A stretch of DNA of 64,000 nucleotides from Macrostomum lignano (Eukaryota): the NCBI GenBank assembly GCA_002269645.1, contig NIVC01000246.1:1-64000 (forward strand), written 5' to 3'. A program made the translations under genes and the position numbers. Below the pieces are notes generated by a model that ran no database searches, had not been told where the DNA came from, and saw nothing but the letters and a program-made list of their open reading frames with translations. Shown in pieces: positions 13,114-28,185 of the stretch. Position 1 is the first letter of the stretch. Every line of letters begins with the position of its first letter.

Positions 13114-13559
13114 TGATTTCTTTTTGGATTACACTTTATTTGAGCAGTTTGTCTGTCGTCTTTGTGAGGCATTATTTGGCTGTCTTTTTGTTACTTGTAG
13201 AGAACAGAGATTCTATCCAGATGTCCCCCAACGGGGGGCGAAGATTGCTAGTCATTCACTAAAAACAAGATATTAAAATAGTTAGACTCAAGTCATTCTA
13301 ACAGTTGATTTACATATAAATTTTTGCAATAATTTTAATTTTAGGATTTTAGCAATAAATAAATATTTAAAGATAGAACTTGTGTGTAGGCTTATATACA
13401 AGAGACAATTATGTATTTATTTACATTTATATTAATAGGGGTCTTAATTCTTAGCTATAAAAATTGTTCTTTTTTATCCTATTACTATTATTAATCCTAT
13501 TACTATTATTAAGATTGTACAAAAGGCTTTTATCCCTAACATTTTGTTTTTAATCTAAA

Positions 13560-14070
13560 ATTATAAGGCTATTACTATCAAGGTTTGGTCTATTTTTGCA
13601 AAGGACTAAATGAACTGTTCCACAATCTCTTCTTCCCGCTGTTCCAAAGTCATGTTTTGGAAGGCTCACAAAGCTAGCTCAATCAGGCAATTGGTATACG
13701 ATTCTACTGGCTCATTCCTGCCCTGCATCTGGCCTCTAAATTCTTCCCTAAACTCTGCTGAACTGCCAATTCTGCCAAAGCATTCTACAAGTCTATCCTT
13801 AAACACTTCATATTCCAGATCATCTGGGAGGTTCAGACACTGCACTGCTGCAAACGCAGTAGCCAGGTCAAGGTTTGCGAGAAGCTCTTGCTTCTGGTGA
13901 TCTTCTTTGATACCCTCAGCTTCACAGCGCTGGTCGAAGGCAGTCAACCAGATCCTGATATCTTGACCTGGCGTGAATTTCTAAATTTTTGCATGCCTTT
14001 GTGGACCTAACTCTAACCCGTTTCTTAGCTCTTCAGCTAGCATCACAATCGCATCATTTGCATTGGCCAT
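13560..14070 (-). pseudogene. Decayed Gypsy/Ty3-type LTR retrotransposon gag (capsid-like) fragment
   Basis: From ATG 14070: MANANDAIVMLAEELRNG..IRIWLTAFDQRCEAEGI..YEVFKDRLVECFG..AEFREEFRGQMQGRNEPVESYTNCLIELAL, with a retrotransposon-gag-like F..R.Q..E.V..Y..L..LA pattern. Three in-frame stops (13981-13983, 13666-13668, ~13606), no frameshift; tRNA-Leu PBS about 70 nt upstream; no pol seen. Confidence 0.75.
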
Positions 14071-14139
14071 TTCTTACTTTCTAATTTCTTTTACTGTTTC
14101 TCTGATCTATTCAATTCTGGCAATTTCTCTGATTTTTTA

Positions 14140-14400
14140 CGCTGCCACCAAGGTTGACATAGGGCTACTTTTCTATTTCCTATTATTGAATATCCCACCG
14201 CTGCCACCAAAGTTGACGTAGGGCTACTTTTCTATTTCCTATTATTGAATATCCCACCGCTGCCACCAAAGTTGACGTAGGGCTACTTTTCTATTTCCTA
14301 TTATTGAATATTCCACCGCTGCCACCAAAGTTGATGTAGGGGTTACTTCTGTCTTTATAAATAATCTCATAATGCCATCAAAGTTGTGATAGGGGTGAGC
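14140..14400 (-). repeat. 59-bp tandem array of LTR-end-like sequence plus tRNA-Leu primer-binding site (TGGTGGCAGCGGTGGGAT on the minus strand)
   Basis: Plus-strand ATCCCACCGCTGCCACCA at 14192-14209 and 14251-14268, a 1-mismatch copy at 14310-14327, an 11-nt copy at 14140-14150 and a degenerate copy at 14373-14380. The 18-mer equals the CCA-bearing 3' end of eukaryotic tRNA-Leu(AAG/TAG). Confidence 0.85.
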
Positions 14401-16414
14401 TTCCCTCTATTGGTTAATGTACTTTCGTATCAATGTACTTATGCTTATTGGTAGCGTGCCTACTTCTATATTAGTAGCATCTGTACATGTACTGTACTCT
14501 TTGGCCTGAGTGGTCTAATGGCACTGTCTACTTTATTTACTCCTATAAGTTTTCTCTCAGTCCTGGGCATTCATTGGATCAGAGGGTCATAGCCTTATGT
14601 GTTTTCGCTGCCCTGAAGTGATTTTTCTGCCCTGAGGCACTTTCTCGCTGATTAGTGGGCTTTTCAACACTACTCACAATTTAGGGCTTTACTCTAGGAA
14701 ATAAATAGGTCTTTAAAAGTTTTGCTAATAAGATTTGATTCTTAGATAGAAAATAGATTGTATTTTCATTTATATATTATTGAGTGTTTTATGTTTTATT
14801 GATAAAATATACCTTGACAATGGCCTTAAAAGGTTGAAAAAATTGGTTTTGTATTGTCCATGTTGATTTTAAGCTTTATCTATATATTCTACATGTACTA
14901 AAAGTCTAAGTACTATTCTAATGATCATTGTTTTTTTATAAATTATTCACTAACCACCTTGCATATATTTTTTGAAATATTAATAAACTTTTAACATATA
15001 CTTTATATCTAATGCAATTAAAGGATTTGGAGGTGGTCATTATGCCATACTTTATGGTGCATGACCAAGATAGTCAAAGCTTTTAATGGTAACAGAATAG
15101 AACATAGATAGGCCACTCTATGCAAACTATTAAAAATTTGAACCTACAAAGCTAGAAAAATTATTTAAGCTAACCACAGACACTGAGAGTTTAAGTTTTG
15201 TAACTATGGGGAATAGATATTCTTTTTTGTCATAGTAAGGAAAAATATATAGTTGTTAGCCATTTATATACATGAGCTGTACTCAATAGAAAATTAATGA
15301 TAAGGGTTTTAAACTTGCTTAGTTGCTATATGAGAGGCTGCAGCACCTATGTTTTATTGAAAGAATATATAGTTTGGAAGTTAACTATTCTAGCAATGAG
15401 ACAGCCTTTATTGTTATAGAGACAGTAAGAACTGACATAGGTGACATTAGCTTTGCAATTAGCAGCAATAGAATTGACAAGCCAAACAAAAAATCAACCA
15501 TCTACAGTGTAAGATGTAGTGTCATGCCAATATAGACTCAATACATAAATATATATAACATATATGGATTATCGTACAATGCACTTAATGCTTAAGCTAT
15601 TGAAATTAAACTATATGTAGACAATGGTCACTAAAACTTTCAAGAGATACATTGGGTCTAATGGGCTCACCCAAGAAACCTGAGTGGTCCATCTAGGGAA
15701 TAAACAATTTATATATTAGAATAGGTATATATTTCCTTTTTAATTTTTGTATAATTAATAACATCAAATATAGGAGACACAAAGGGTATGCCTCTATCAA
15801 TTTAGATTTTCTCTTTCTTTCTATGAGTAACACAATCAAAGCCAAAGTACCTTAGTAACCTGAACCATTAGTTCAATTTTTTAGATCTGAACCTGATTAT
15901 AAATAATTGATTTGGATATATAAATAAAAGTTTATAAATTATACATATAAACACAATAGATATTAAGTTGCAAATTAATAGTAAAGAGAGAAAATATAAT
16001 AGCAGTAGATCAAGTAGATATGATCATAGAACAATAAATTCTTTATCAAGGTAGATCAACCATTTCCAATATGGCTAGATTTAGATGAAATTGACATTGC
16101 AAAGATGTTTTATCCTACTAAATGCTTCTAGTGTGGTGTTGATATATTTAAATAAATCTGGGTTGATACTGTATATATTAATGATAAATTTAAGTATAGT
16201 TTTTAACAAAATTGCAATAATTATAATTTTTCTTCATATTGCACACGGTTCAACAAACTTTTTAGAACACTATTTATAAATGTTAAATAAAGCTTTGTAG
16301 GAATGGTTTTAATTCTTGCCAGTCGAGGTCTCTAAAATGCTTGTTTGTACCTGGTTCTATAATCTAATTGTCAGTCAGGACAGTAGTGTAGAACTTGCTT
16401 ACAATTGCCAACAG

Positions 16415-16580
16415 GCTGCAGCGCCGGGCTAGCAAGTCTCGCCGCTACGGATTGGTTGACACCGACAAGCTGGAGATGCAGCGACTTGATGAAGACGACG
16501 CAGACGACGAAGTGACCGTCTTCGATGCCAACGGAGGAGGCGGCGGCGGCAGGCTGGGCCGGTCGTTGGTTCGCAATTGA
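16415..16580 (+). CDS. FAM174: FAM174-family last coding exon (cytoplasmic tail)
   Basis: Acceptor ccaacag; LQRRASKSRRYGLVDTDKLEMQRLDEDDADDEVTVFDAN matches the FAM174 tail pattern KTRRYGxxxTxxxxxEMxxLxxDDxDDDxTxFDAN; stop TGA at 16578-16580. Confidence 0.85.
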
Positions 16581-16917
16581 ATATTCAGTATATATGCGCT
16601 ACTGCCCTACTTTAAGTAGCGAGCGCAGAGAGCGCGTTTGTTTTTTTTATTATTCATTTTCGGAGGTCAACTTGGATGTGAGAAAATTCGACATTGAATT
16701 CTGATTAACCCGATTGAGTCTCATTAATTTTATCTTTCATTTGTGTAAATCTGGTCATAAAATCGACTAGTTTCACTTGCTCGTAGAGTCCTACCAACTT
16801 TATTTATATCCATTGTCTCAATATTTTTCCACATTTTAAGCTACATTATGAAATATTAGAGTCCTGCTTTGACATGTTTGTTATTTAAGCGGAATTTTAT
16901 GTTTAAACCGATTTAAT

Positions 16918-19900
16918 CTAATACTTTCCATTCAATTTTAGAGTAGCTCGTACGTTTAGCTTCGTATAAGTCTGTTAAGGCAAAGGGAAATTAATTTTTT
17001 GTATGCATAGAGTTGAGATAGCACTAGATTGCCTCCTGAATTTTCATTTAATCGTTTCTGACTTGCCCTTATGGAGTCCGCAGTGCTGTCTCTGAATAAT
17101 CGGCCTTATGGAGTCCGCAGTGCTGTCTCTTAATAATCGGTCTTATGGAGTCCGCAGTGCTGTCTCTGAATAATCGGCCTTATGGAGTCCGCAGTGCTGT
17201 CTCTGAATAATCGGCCTTATGGAGTCCGCAGTGCTGTCTCTGAATAATCGGCCTTATGGAGTCCGCAGTGCTGTCTCTGAATAATCGGCCTTATGGAGTC
17301 CGCAGTGCTGTCTCTGAATAATCGGCCTTATGGGGTCCGCAGTGCTGTCTCTGAATAATCGGCCTTATGGAGTCCGCAGTGCTGTCTCTGAATAATCGGC
17401 CTTATGGAGTCCGCAGTGCTGTCTCTGAATAATCAGCCTTATGAGGTCCGCAGTGCTGTCTCTGAATAATCGGCCTTATGGAGTCCGCAGTGCTGTCTCT
17501 GAATAATCGGCCTTATGGAGTCCGCAGTGCTGTCTCTGAATAATCGGCCTTATGGAGTCCGCAGTGCTGTCTCTGAATAATCGGCCTTATGGAGTCCGCA
17601 GTGCTGTCTCTGAATAATCGGCCTTATGGAGTCCGCAGTGCTGTCTCTGAATAATCGGCCTTATGGAGTCCGCAGTGCTGTCTCTGAATAATCGGCCTTA
17701 TGGAGTCCGCAGTGCTGTCTCTGAATAATCGGCCTTATGGAGTCCGCAGTGCTGTCTCTGAATAATCGGCCTTATGGAGTCCACAGTGCTGTCTCTGAAT
17801 AATCGGCCTTATGGAGTCCGCAGTGCTGTCTCTGAATAATCGGCCTTATGGAGTCCGCAGTGCTGTCTCTGAATAATCGGCCTTATGGAGTCCGCAGTGC
17901 TGTCTCTGAATAATCGGCCTTATGGAGTCCGCAGTGCTGTCTCTGAATAATCGGCCTTATGGAGTCCGCAGTGCTGTCTCTGAATAATCGGCCTTATGGA
18001 GTCCGCAGTGCTGTCTCTGAATAATCGGCCTTATGGAGTCCACAGTGCTGTCTCTGAATAATCAGCCTTATGGAGTCCGCAGTGCTGTCTCTGAATAATC
18101 GGCCTTATGAGGTCTGCAGTGCTGTCTCTGAATAATCGGCCTTATGAGGTCTGCAGTGCTGTCTCTGAATAATCGGCCTTATGAGGTCTGCAGTGCTGTC
18201 TCTGAATAATCGGCCTTATGAGGTCCGCAGTGCTGTCTCTGAATAATCAGCCTTATGGAGTCCGCAGTGCTGTCTCTGAATAATCGGCCTTATGAGGTCT
18301 GCAGTGCTGTCTCTGAATAATCGGCCTTATGAGGTCTGCAGTGCTGTCTCTGAATAATCGGCCTTATGAGGTCCGCAGTGCTGTCTCTGAATAATCGGCC
18401 TTATGGAGTCCGCAGTGCTGTCTCTGAATAATCGGCCTTATGGAGTCCGCAGTGCTGTCTCTGAATAATCGGCCTTATGGAGTCCGCAGTGCTGTCTCTG
18501 AATAATCGGCCTTATGGAGTCCGCAGTGCTGTCTCTGAATAATCGGCCTTATGGAGTCCGCAGTGCTGTCTCTGAATAATCGGCCTTATGGAGTCCGCAG
18601 TGCTGTCTCTGAATAATCGGCCTTATGGAGTCCACAGTGCTGTCTCTGAATAATCAGCCTTATGGAGTCTGCAGTGCTGTCTCTGAATAATCGGCCTTAT
18701 GGAGTCCGCAGTGCTGTCTCTGAATAATCGGCCTTATGGAGTCCATAGTGCTGTCTCTGAATAATCGGCCTTATGAGGTCTGCAGTGCTGTCTCTGAATA
18801 ATCGGCCTTATGAGGTCCGCAGTGCTGTCTCTGAATAATCGGCCTTATGAGGTCCGCAGTGCTGTCTCTGAATAATCAGCCTTATGGAGTCCGCAGTGCT
18901 GTCTCTGAATAATCGGCCTTATGAGGTCTGCAGTGCTGTCTCTGAATAATCGGCCTTATGGAGTCCGCAGTGCTGTCTCTGAATAATCGGCCTTATGGAG
19001 TCCGCAGTGCTGTCTCTGAATAATCGGCCTTATGGAGTCCGCAGTGCTGTCTCTGAATAATCGGCCTTATGAGGTCCGCAGTGCTGTCTCTGAATAATCG
19101 GCCTTATGGAGTCCGCAGTGCTGTCTCTGAATAATCGGCCTTATGGAGTCCGCAGTGCTGTCTCTGAATAATCGGCCTTATGGAGTCCGCAGTGCTGTCT
19201 CTGAATAATCGGCCTTATGGAGTCCGCAGTGCTGTCTCTGAATAATCAGCCTTATGAGGTCTGCAGTGCTGTCTCTGAATAATCGGCCTTATGGAGTCCG
19301 CAGTGCTGTCTCTGAATAATCGGCCTTATGAGGTCCGCAGTGCTGTCTCTGAATAATCGGCCTTATGGAGTCCGCAGTGCTGTCTCTGAATAATCGTCCT
19401 TATGGAGTCCGCAGTGCTGTCTCTGAATAATCGGCCTTATGGAGTCCGCAGTGCTGTCTCTGAATAATCGGCCTTATGGAGTCCGCAGTGCTGTCTCTGA
19501 ATAATCGGCCTTATGGAGTCCGCAGTGCTGTCTCTGAATAATCGGCCTTATGGAGTCCGCAGTGCTGTCTCTGAATAATCGGCCTTATGGAGTCCACAGT
19601 GCTGTCTCTGAATAATCAGCCTTATGGAGTCTGCAGTGCTGTCTCTGAATAATCGGCCTTATGGAGTCCGCAGTGCTGTCTCTGAATAATCGGCCTTATG
19701 GAGTCCATAGTGCTGTCTCTGAATAATCGGCCTTATGAGGTCTGCAGTGCTGTCTCTGAATAATCGGCCTTATGAGGTCCGCAGTGCTGTCTCTGAATAA
19801 TCGGCCTTATGAGGTCCGCAGTGCTGTCTCTGAATAATCAGCCTTATGGAGTCCGCAGTGCTGTCTCTGAATAATCGGCCTTATGAGGTCTGCAGTGCTG

Positions 19901-22341
19901 TCTCTGAATAATCGGCCTTATGGAGTCCGCAGTGCTGTCTCTGAATAATCGGCCTTATGGAGTCCGCAGTGCTGTCTCTGAATAATCGGCCTTATGGAGT
20001 CCGCAGTGCTGTCTCTGAATAATCGGCCTTATGAGGTCCGCAGTGCTGTCTCTGAATAATCGGCCTTATGGAGTCCGCAGTGCTGTCTCTGAATAATCGG
20101 CCTTATGGAGTCCGCAGTGCTGTCTCTGAATAATCGGCCTTATGGAGTCCGCAGTGCTGTCTCTGAATAATCGGCCTTATGGAGTCCGCAGTGCTGTCTC
20201 TGAATAATCAGCCTTATGAGGTCTGCAGTGCTGTCTCTGAATAATCGGCCTTATGGAGTCCGCAGTGCTGTCTCTGAATAATCGGCCTTATGAGGTCCGC
20301 AGTGCTGTCTCTGAATAATCGGCCTTATGGAGTCCGCAGTGCTGTCTCTGAATAATCGTCCTTATGGAGTCCGCAGTGCTGTCTCTGAATAATCGGCCTT
20401 ATGGAGTCCGCAGTGCTGTCTCTGAATAATCGGCCTTATGAGGTCTGCAGTGCTGTCTCTGAATAATCGGCCTTATGGAGTCCGCAGTGCTGTCTCTGAA
20501 TAATCGGCCTTATGGAGTCCGCAGTGCTGTCTCTGAATAATCGGCCTTATGGAGTCCGCAGTGCTGTCTCTGAATAATCGGCCTTATGGGGTCCGCAGTG
20601 CTGTCTCTGAATAATCGGCCTTATGGAGTCCGCAGTGCTGTCTCTGAATAATCGGCCTTATGGAGTCCGCAGTGCTGTCTCTGAATAATCGGCCTTATGG
20701 AGTCCGCAGTGCTGTCTCTGAATAATCGGCCTTATGAGGTCTGCAGTGCTGTCTCTGAATAATCGGCCTTATGGAGTCCGCAGTGCTGTCTCTGAATAAT
20801 CGGCCTTATGGAGTCCGCAGTGCTGTCTCTGAATAATCGGCCTTATGGAGTCCGCAGTGCTGTCTCTGAATAATCGGCCTTATGGAGTCCATAGTGCTGT
20901 CTCTGAATAATCGGCCTTATGGAGTCCGCAGTGCTGTCTCTGAATAATCGGCCTTATGGAGTCCGCAGTGCTGTCTCTGAATAATCGGCCTTATGAGGTC
21001 TGCAGTGCTGTCTCTGAATAATCGGCCTTATGGAGTCCGCAGTGCTGTCTCTGAATAATCGGCCTTATGGAGTCCGCAGTGCTGTCTCTGAATAATCGGC
21101 CTTATGGAGTCCGCAGTGCTGTCTCTGAATAATCGGCCTTATGGAGTCCGCAGTGCTGTCTCTGAATAATCGGCCTTATGAGGTCTGCAGTGCTGTCTCT
21201 GAATAATCGGCCTTATGGAGTCCGCAGTGCTGTCTCTGAATAATCGGCCTTATGGAGTCCGCAGTGCTGTCTCTGAATAATCGGCCTTATGGAGTCCGCA
21301 GTGCTGTCTCTGAATAATCGGCCTTATGGAGTCCACAGTGCTGTCTCTGAATAATCGGCCTTATGGAGTCCGCAGTGCTGTCTCTGAATAATCGGCCTTA
21401 TGGAGTCCGCAGTGCTGTCTCTGAATAATCGGCCTTATGGAGTCCGCAGTGCTGTCTCTGAATAATCGGCCTTATGGAGTCCGCAGTGCTGTCTCTGAAT
21501 AATCGGCCTTATGGAGTCCGCAGTGCTGTCTCTGAATAATCGGCCTTATGGAGTCCACAGTGCTGTCTCTGAATAATCGGCCTTATGGAGTCCGCAGTGC
21601 TGTCTCTGAATAATCGGCCTTCTGGGGTCCGCAGTGCTGTCTCTGAATAATCGGCCTTATGGAGTCCGCAGTGCTGTCTCTGAATAATCGGCCTTCTGGG
21701 GTCCGCAGTGCTGTCTCTGAATAATCGGCCTTATGGAGTCCGCAGTGCTGTCTCTGAATAATCGGCCTTATGGAGTCCGCAGTGCTGTCTCTGAATAATC
21801 GGCCTTCTGGGGTCCGCAGTGCTGTCTCTGAATAATCGGCCTTATGGAGTCCGCAGTGCTGTCTCTGAATAATCGGCCTTCTGGGGTCCGCAGTGCTGTC
21901 TCTGAATAATCGGCCTTATGGAGTCCGCAGTGCTGTCTCTGAATAATCGGCCTTATGGAGTCCGCAGTGCTGTCTCTGAATCACCACTAAAGTCTTCTGA
22001 ATGATTATTTCACAAAACTGTTCCAAGTTAAAAAATGAATCTAATTTAGTGAGCTTGTAGCCAATCCGATCAAGATTCAAATAGTTGATGCTCATTTTCA
22101 CTTCATGTTTCTGTTGTGAGCTGTCTTCCGCATTATTAGTTTTCTTTCTGCTCATTTTCATTTTATCGAACAAAAAATAATGCTGCCGTGCAAATAAAAT
22201 TGTCTGAATTGTTGATGTTTTTTTGCTTTGTTCCATTTTGCTGTTTTTGTCTGACAACATTTCCAATTGATTGATTGGCCCTGCCGACTTGCCGACCACA
22301 AAACATAATTTTGTGTCATCGATTTTTGCGCGCTTCAGCAT
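16918..22341 (-). CDS. Candidate two-exon orphan gene (21985-22341 + 16918-16971) whose intron is mostly the 37-bp satellite
   Basis: An ATG-started 119-codon ORF ends at GTG|gtgatt exactly where the satellite begins. A strong acceptor tttccctttgccttaacag at 16972 continues in phase (TYTKLNVRATLKLNGKY*), followed by an AT-rich UTR-like tail. No recognisable homology. Confidence 0.3.
17067..21980 (+). repeat. 37-bp satellite CCTTATGGAGTCCGCAGTGCTGTCTCTGAATAATCGG, about 133 units, highly homogeneous
   Basis: Period of 37 measured directly (e.g. 17161 to 17198). Diagnostic variants recur at +962 bp = 26 units (18631/19593, 19397/20359). Confidence 0.97.
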
Positions 22342-22562
22342 TCTGTGTCATGAAACATTTATTATAATAGCGTCTGCCAATTCTATTTCAAGCTGTGTGT
22401 ATTTATTGCCTTCAGGCGCTACATAAATCTGTGTTATTTCAGCATTAAATGCGACATATTTTGCTTGTCTGGATAGCAAATTCGATGCATTGCTTTGCTC
22501 TTTACTACTAGTAGGCAGGTAGGCTAGGTTTGACGCTTTAGCTGCCTTATCGATCAGCCTTC

Positions 22563-25648
<3,086 letters not shown>

Positions 25649-26519
25649 TGCCTCTTCTCTTAGCCTACATCATGAAAATCGCCCCTACCTCATGAGCATT
25701 AGTCCTGACACTTTTTATCACAAATCGCACTCTTAGAAATCATAATGAAGTATTTTCGTCTTATAAATCGGCTTTACTGTATAACTTCTTCGATTTCTAC
25801 TATTCAGTAGTAAAGGGAACAATCGAAATACTTTTCTTACCGCTCAAATTAAAACGATGTCATCGTTATTGTTATGCCAGTGCTATACTATCTTAATCTC
25901 GATTTTTATCTGATTTAATCCCAGCATTGACCTCCTCTAAGATGTCCATCTGTCTGCGCAATTCCTAACAGGATGTTCAATGCAAAGTCCTTGCTATTTA
26001 ATTGTTACGCATAGCAATACACAGTAAGCGCCTGTGCGTGACCTGAATCATTACCTACTGTCTGGGTGGACATTGCATTGATTGCACGCTGGCAGGCAGG
26101 CTTGTAGGCTGCCTGATTTCCGTCACTCCCCCAAGCTTTCTGGAAGCCTTTCACACAATTTTTATACCGCGGATTGTTCGTTCGGGTTAGGGTTTGGGGA
26201 TCAAACAGAACCTGCTGGCAAATTATGTTATCCCAGGAATACTAAAGCAGCTTGATTGTTTAATTCTGTTTTTATTAACACAAATCGGCTATTAGTGAAC
26301 CTTCAGCCCGCATCTGGTTTCTTTAACACCTCTGTCTGTGTTCCCTGTTCTTGTTCAATATTCCTGCTAGGGGTATTCTTAACTTTTGACAAGTCAATTT
26401 CTAGTTTCAACTTCACTGCGTGTGTGCTAATTGCATGGTCATGCGATGCAATTATTAATAATTATCTTCTATACGGATACAATCAAAGATAGAGGAGGTG
26501 CTCAATTGGATAGGGGCTT

Positions 26520-28185
26520 AGTGCTTACTGGCTGCTTGTGTAATGATGCTGGCTTGTGTAGTGCTTACTAGCTTGTGTAATGACACTGGCTTGTGTAATG
26601 ACACTGGCTTGTGTAATGATGCTGGCTTGTGTAGTGCTTACTAGCTTGTGTAATGACACTGGCTTGTGTAATGATGCTGGCTTGTGTAGTGCTTACTAGC
26701 TTGTGTAATGACACTGGCTTGTGTAATGACACTGGCTTGTGTAATGATACTGGCTTGTAATGATACTGGCTTGTAATGATACTGGCTTTTGTAGTGCTTA
26801 CTGGCTTGTGTAATGACACTGGCTTGTGTAATGACACTGGCTTGTAATGATACTGGCTTGTGCAGTGCTTACTGGCTTGTGTAATGATACTGGCTTGTGT
26901 AGTGCTTACTGCATGGCTTGTGTAATGATACTGGCTTGTGTAGTGCTTACTGCATGGCTTGTGTAATGATACTGGCTTGTGTAGTTCTTACTGGCTTGTG
27001 TAATGATACTGGCTTGTGTAATGATACTGGCTTGTGTAATGATACTGGCTTGTGTAATGATACTGGCTTGTGTAATGATACTGGCTTGTGTAATGATACT
27101 GGCTTGTAATGATACTGGCTTGCAATGATACTGGCTTGTAATGATACTGGCTTGTAATGATACTGGCTTGTAATGATACTGGCTTGTAATGATACTGGCT
27201 TGTAATGATACTGGCTTGTAATGATACTGGCTTGTAATGATACTGGCTTGTAATGATACTGGCTTGTAATGATACTGGCTTGTAATGATACTGGCTTGTG
27301 TAGTGCTTACTGGCTTGTGTAATGATACTGACTTGTGTAGTTCTTACTGGCTTGTGTAATGATACTGGCTTGTGTAATGATACTGACTTGTGTAATGATA
27401 CTGGCTTGTGTAATTATACTGACTTGTGTAATTATACTGACTTTTGTAGTGCTTACTGGCTTGTGTAATGATACTGGCTTGTGTAATGATACTGGCTTGT
27501 GTAGTGATACTGGCTTGTGTAGTGATACTGGCTTGTGTAATGCTTACTGGCTTGTGTAGTGCTTACTGGCTTGTGTAATGATACTGACTTGTGTAGTTCT
27601 TACTGGCTTGTGTAATGATACTGGCTTGTGTAATGATACTGACTTGTGTAATGATACTGGCTTGTGTAATTATACTGACTTGTGTAATGATACTGGCTTG
27701 TGTAATTATACTGACTTTTGTAGTGCTTACTGGCTTGTGTAATGATACTGGCTTGTGTAGTGATACTGGCTTGTGTAATTATACTGACTTTTGTAGTGCT
27801 TACTGGCTTGTGTAATGATACTGGCTTGTGTAATGATACTGACTTGTGTAGTGCTTACTGGCTTGTGTAGTGCTTACTGGCTAGTGTAGTGAGACGGGTT
27901 TGTGCATTGCTTACTGGTTTGTGTAATGCTTACTGGTTTGTGTAATGCTTACTGGTTTGTGTAATGCTTACTGGTTTGTGTAATGCTTACTGGTTTGTGT
28001 AATGCTTACTGGTTTGTGCAATGCTTACTGGTTTGTGTAATGCTTACTGGTTTGTGTAATGCTTACTGGTTTGTGTAATGCTTACTGGTTTGTGTAATGC
28101 TTACTGGTTTGTGTAATGCTTACTGGTTTGTGTAATGCTTACTGGTTTGTGTAATGCTTACTGGTTTGTGTAATGCTTACTGACT
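26520..28185 (+). repeat. Composite 16/18/19-bp minisatellite (TGTAATGATACTGGCT, TGTGTAATGATACTGGCT, TTTGTGTAATGCTTACTGG)
   Basis: Periods of 16 (27181 to 27197) and 19 (27911 to 27930) read directly. Confidence 0.93.

Larger units (their letters stand above)
9266..13251 (+). mobile_element. Putative non-autonomous Helitron-like element carrying two tandem arrays
   Basis: 5' TCCTATATACTAAAAATGAGTTGTCTGTGGG..AACCGATTTTCTTCAAACTT resembles invertebrate Helitron 5' ends (from memory). The 3' end has a hairpin GTCCCCC-AAC-GGGGGGC (13223-13239), then CTAG (13248-13251) followed by T. That both ends belong to one element is inferred. Confidence 0.5.

Noticed and set aside
14400-15000. Complete 5' LTR and matching 3' LTR for the gag element
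   Set aside because: No TG..CA pair or second LTR copy could be delimited by eye; the element appears truncated.
15323-15535. 70-aa ORF ending near a GTAAG, as an extra FAM174 exon
   Set aside because: The 6503 to 16415 splice already gives a contiguous FAM174 TM-tail sequence; no recognisable homology.
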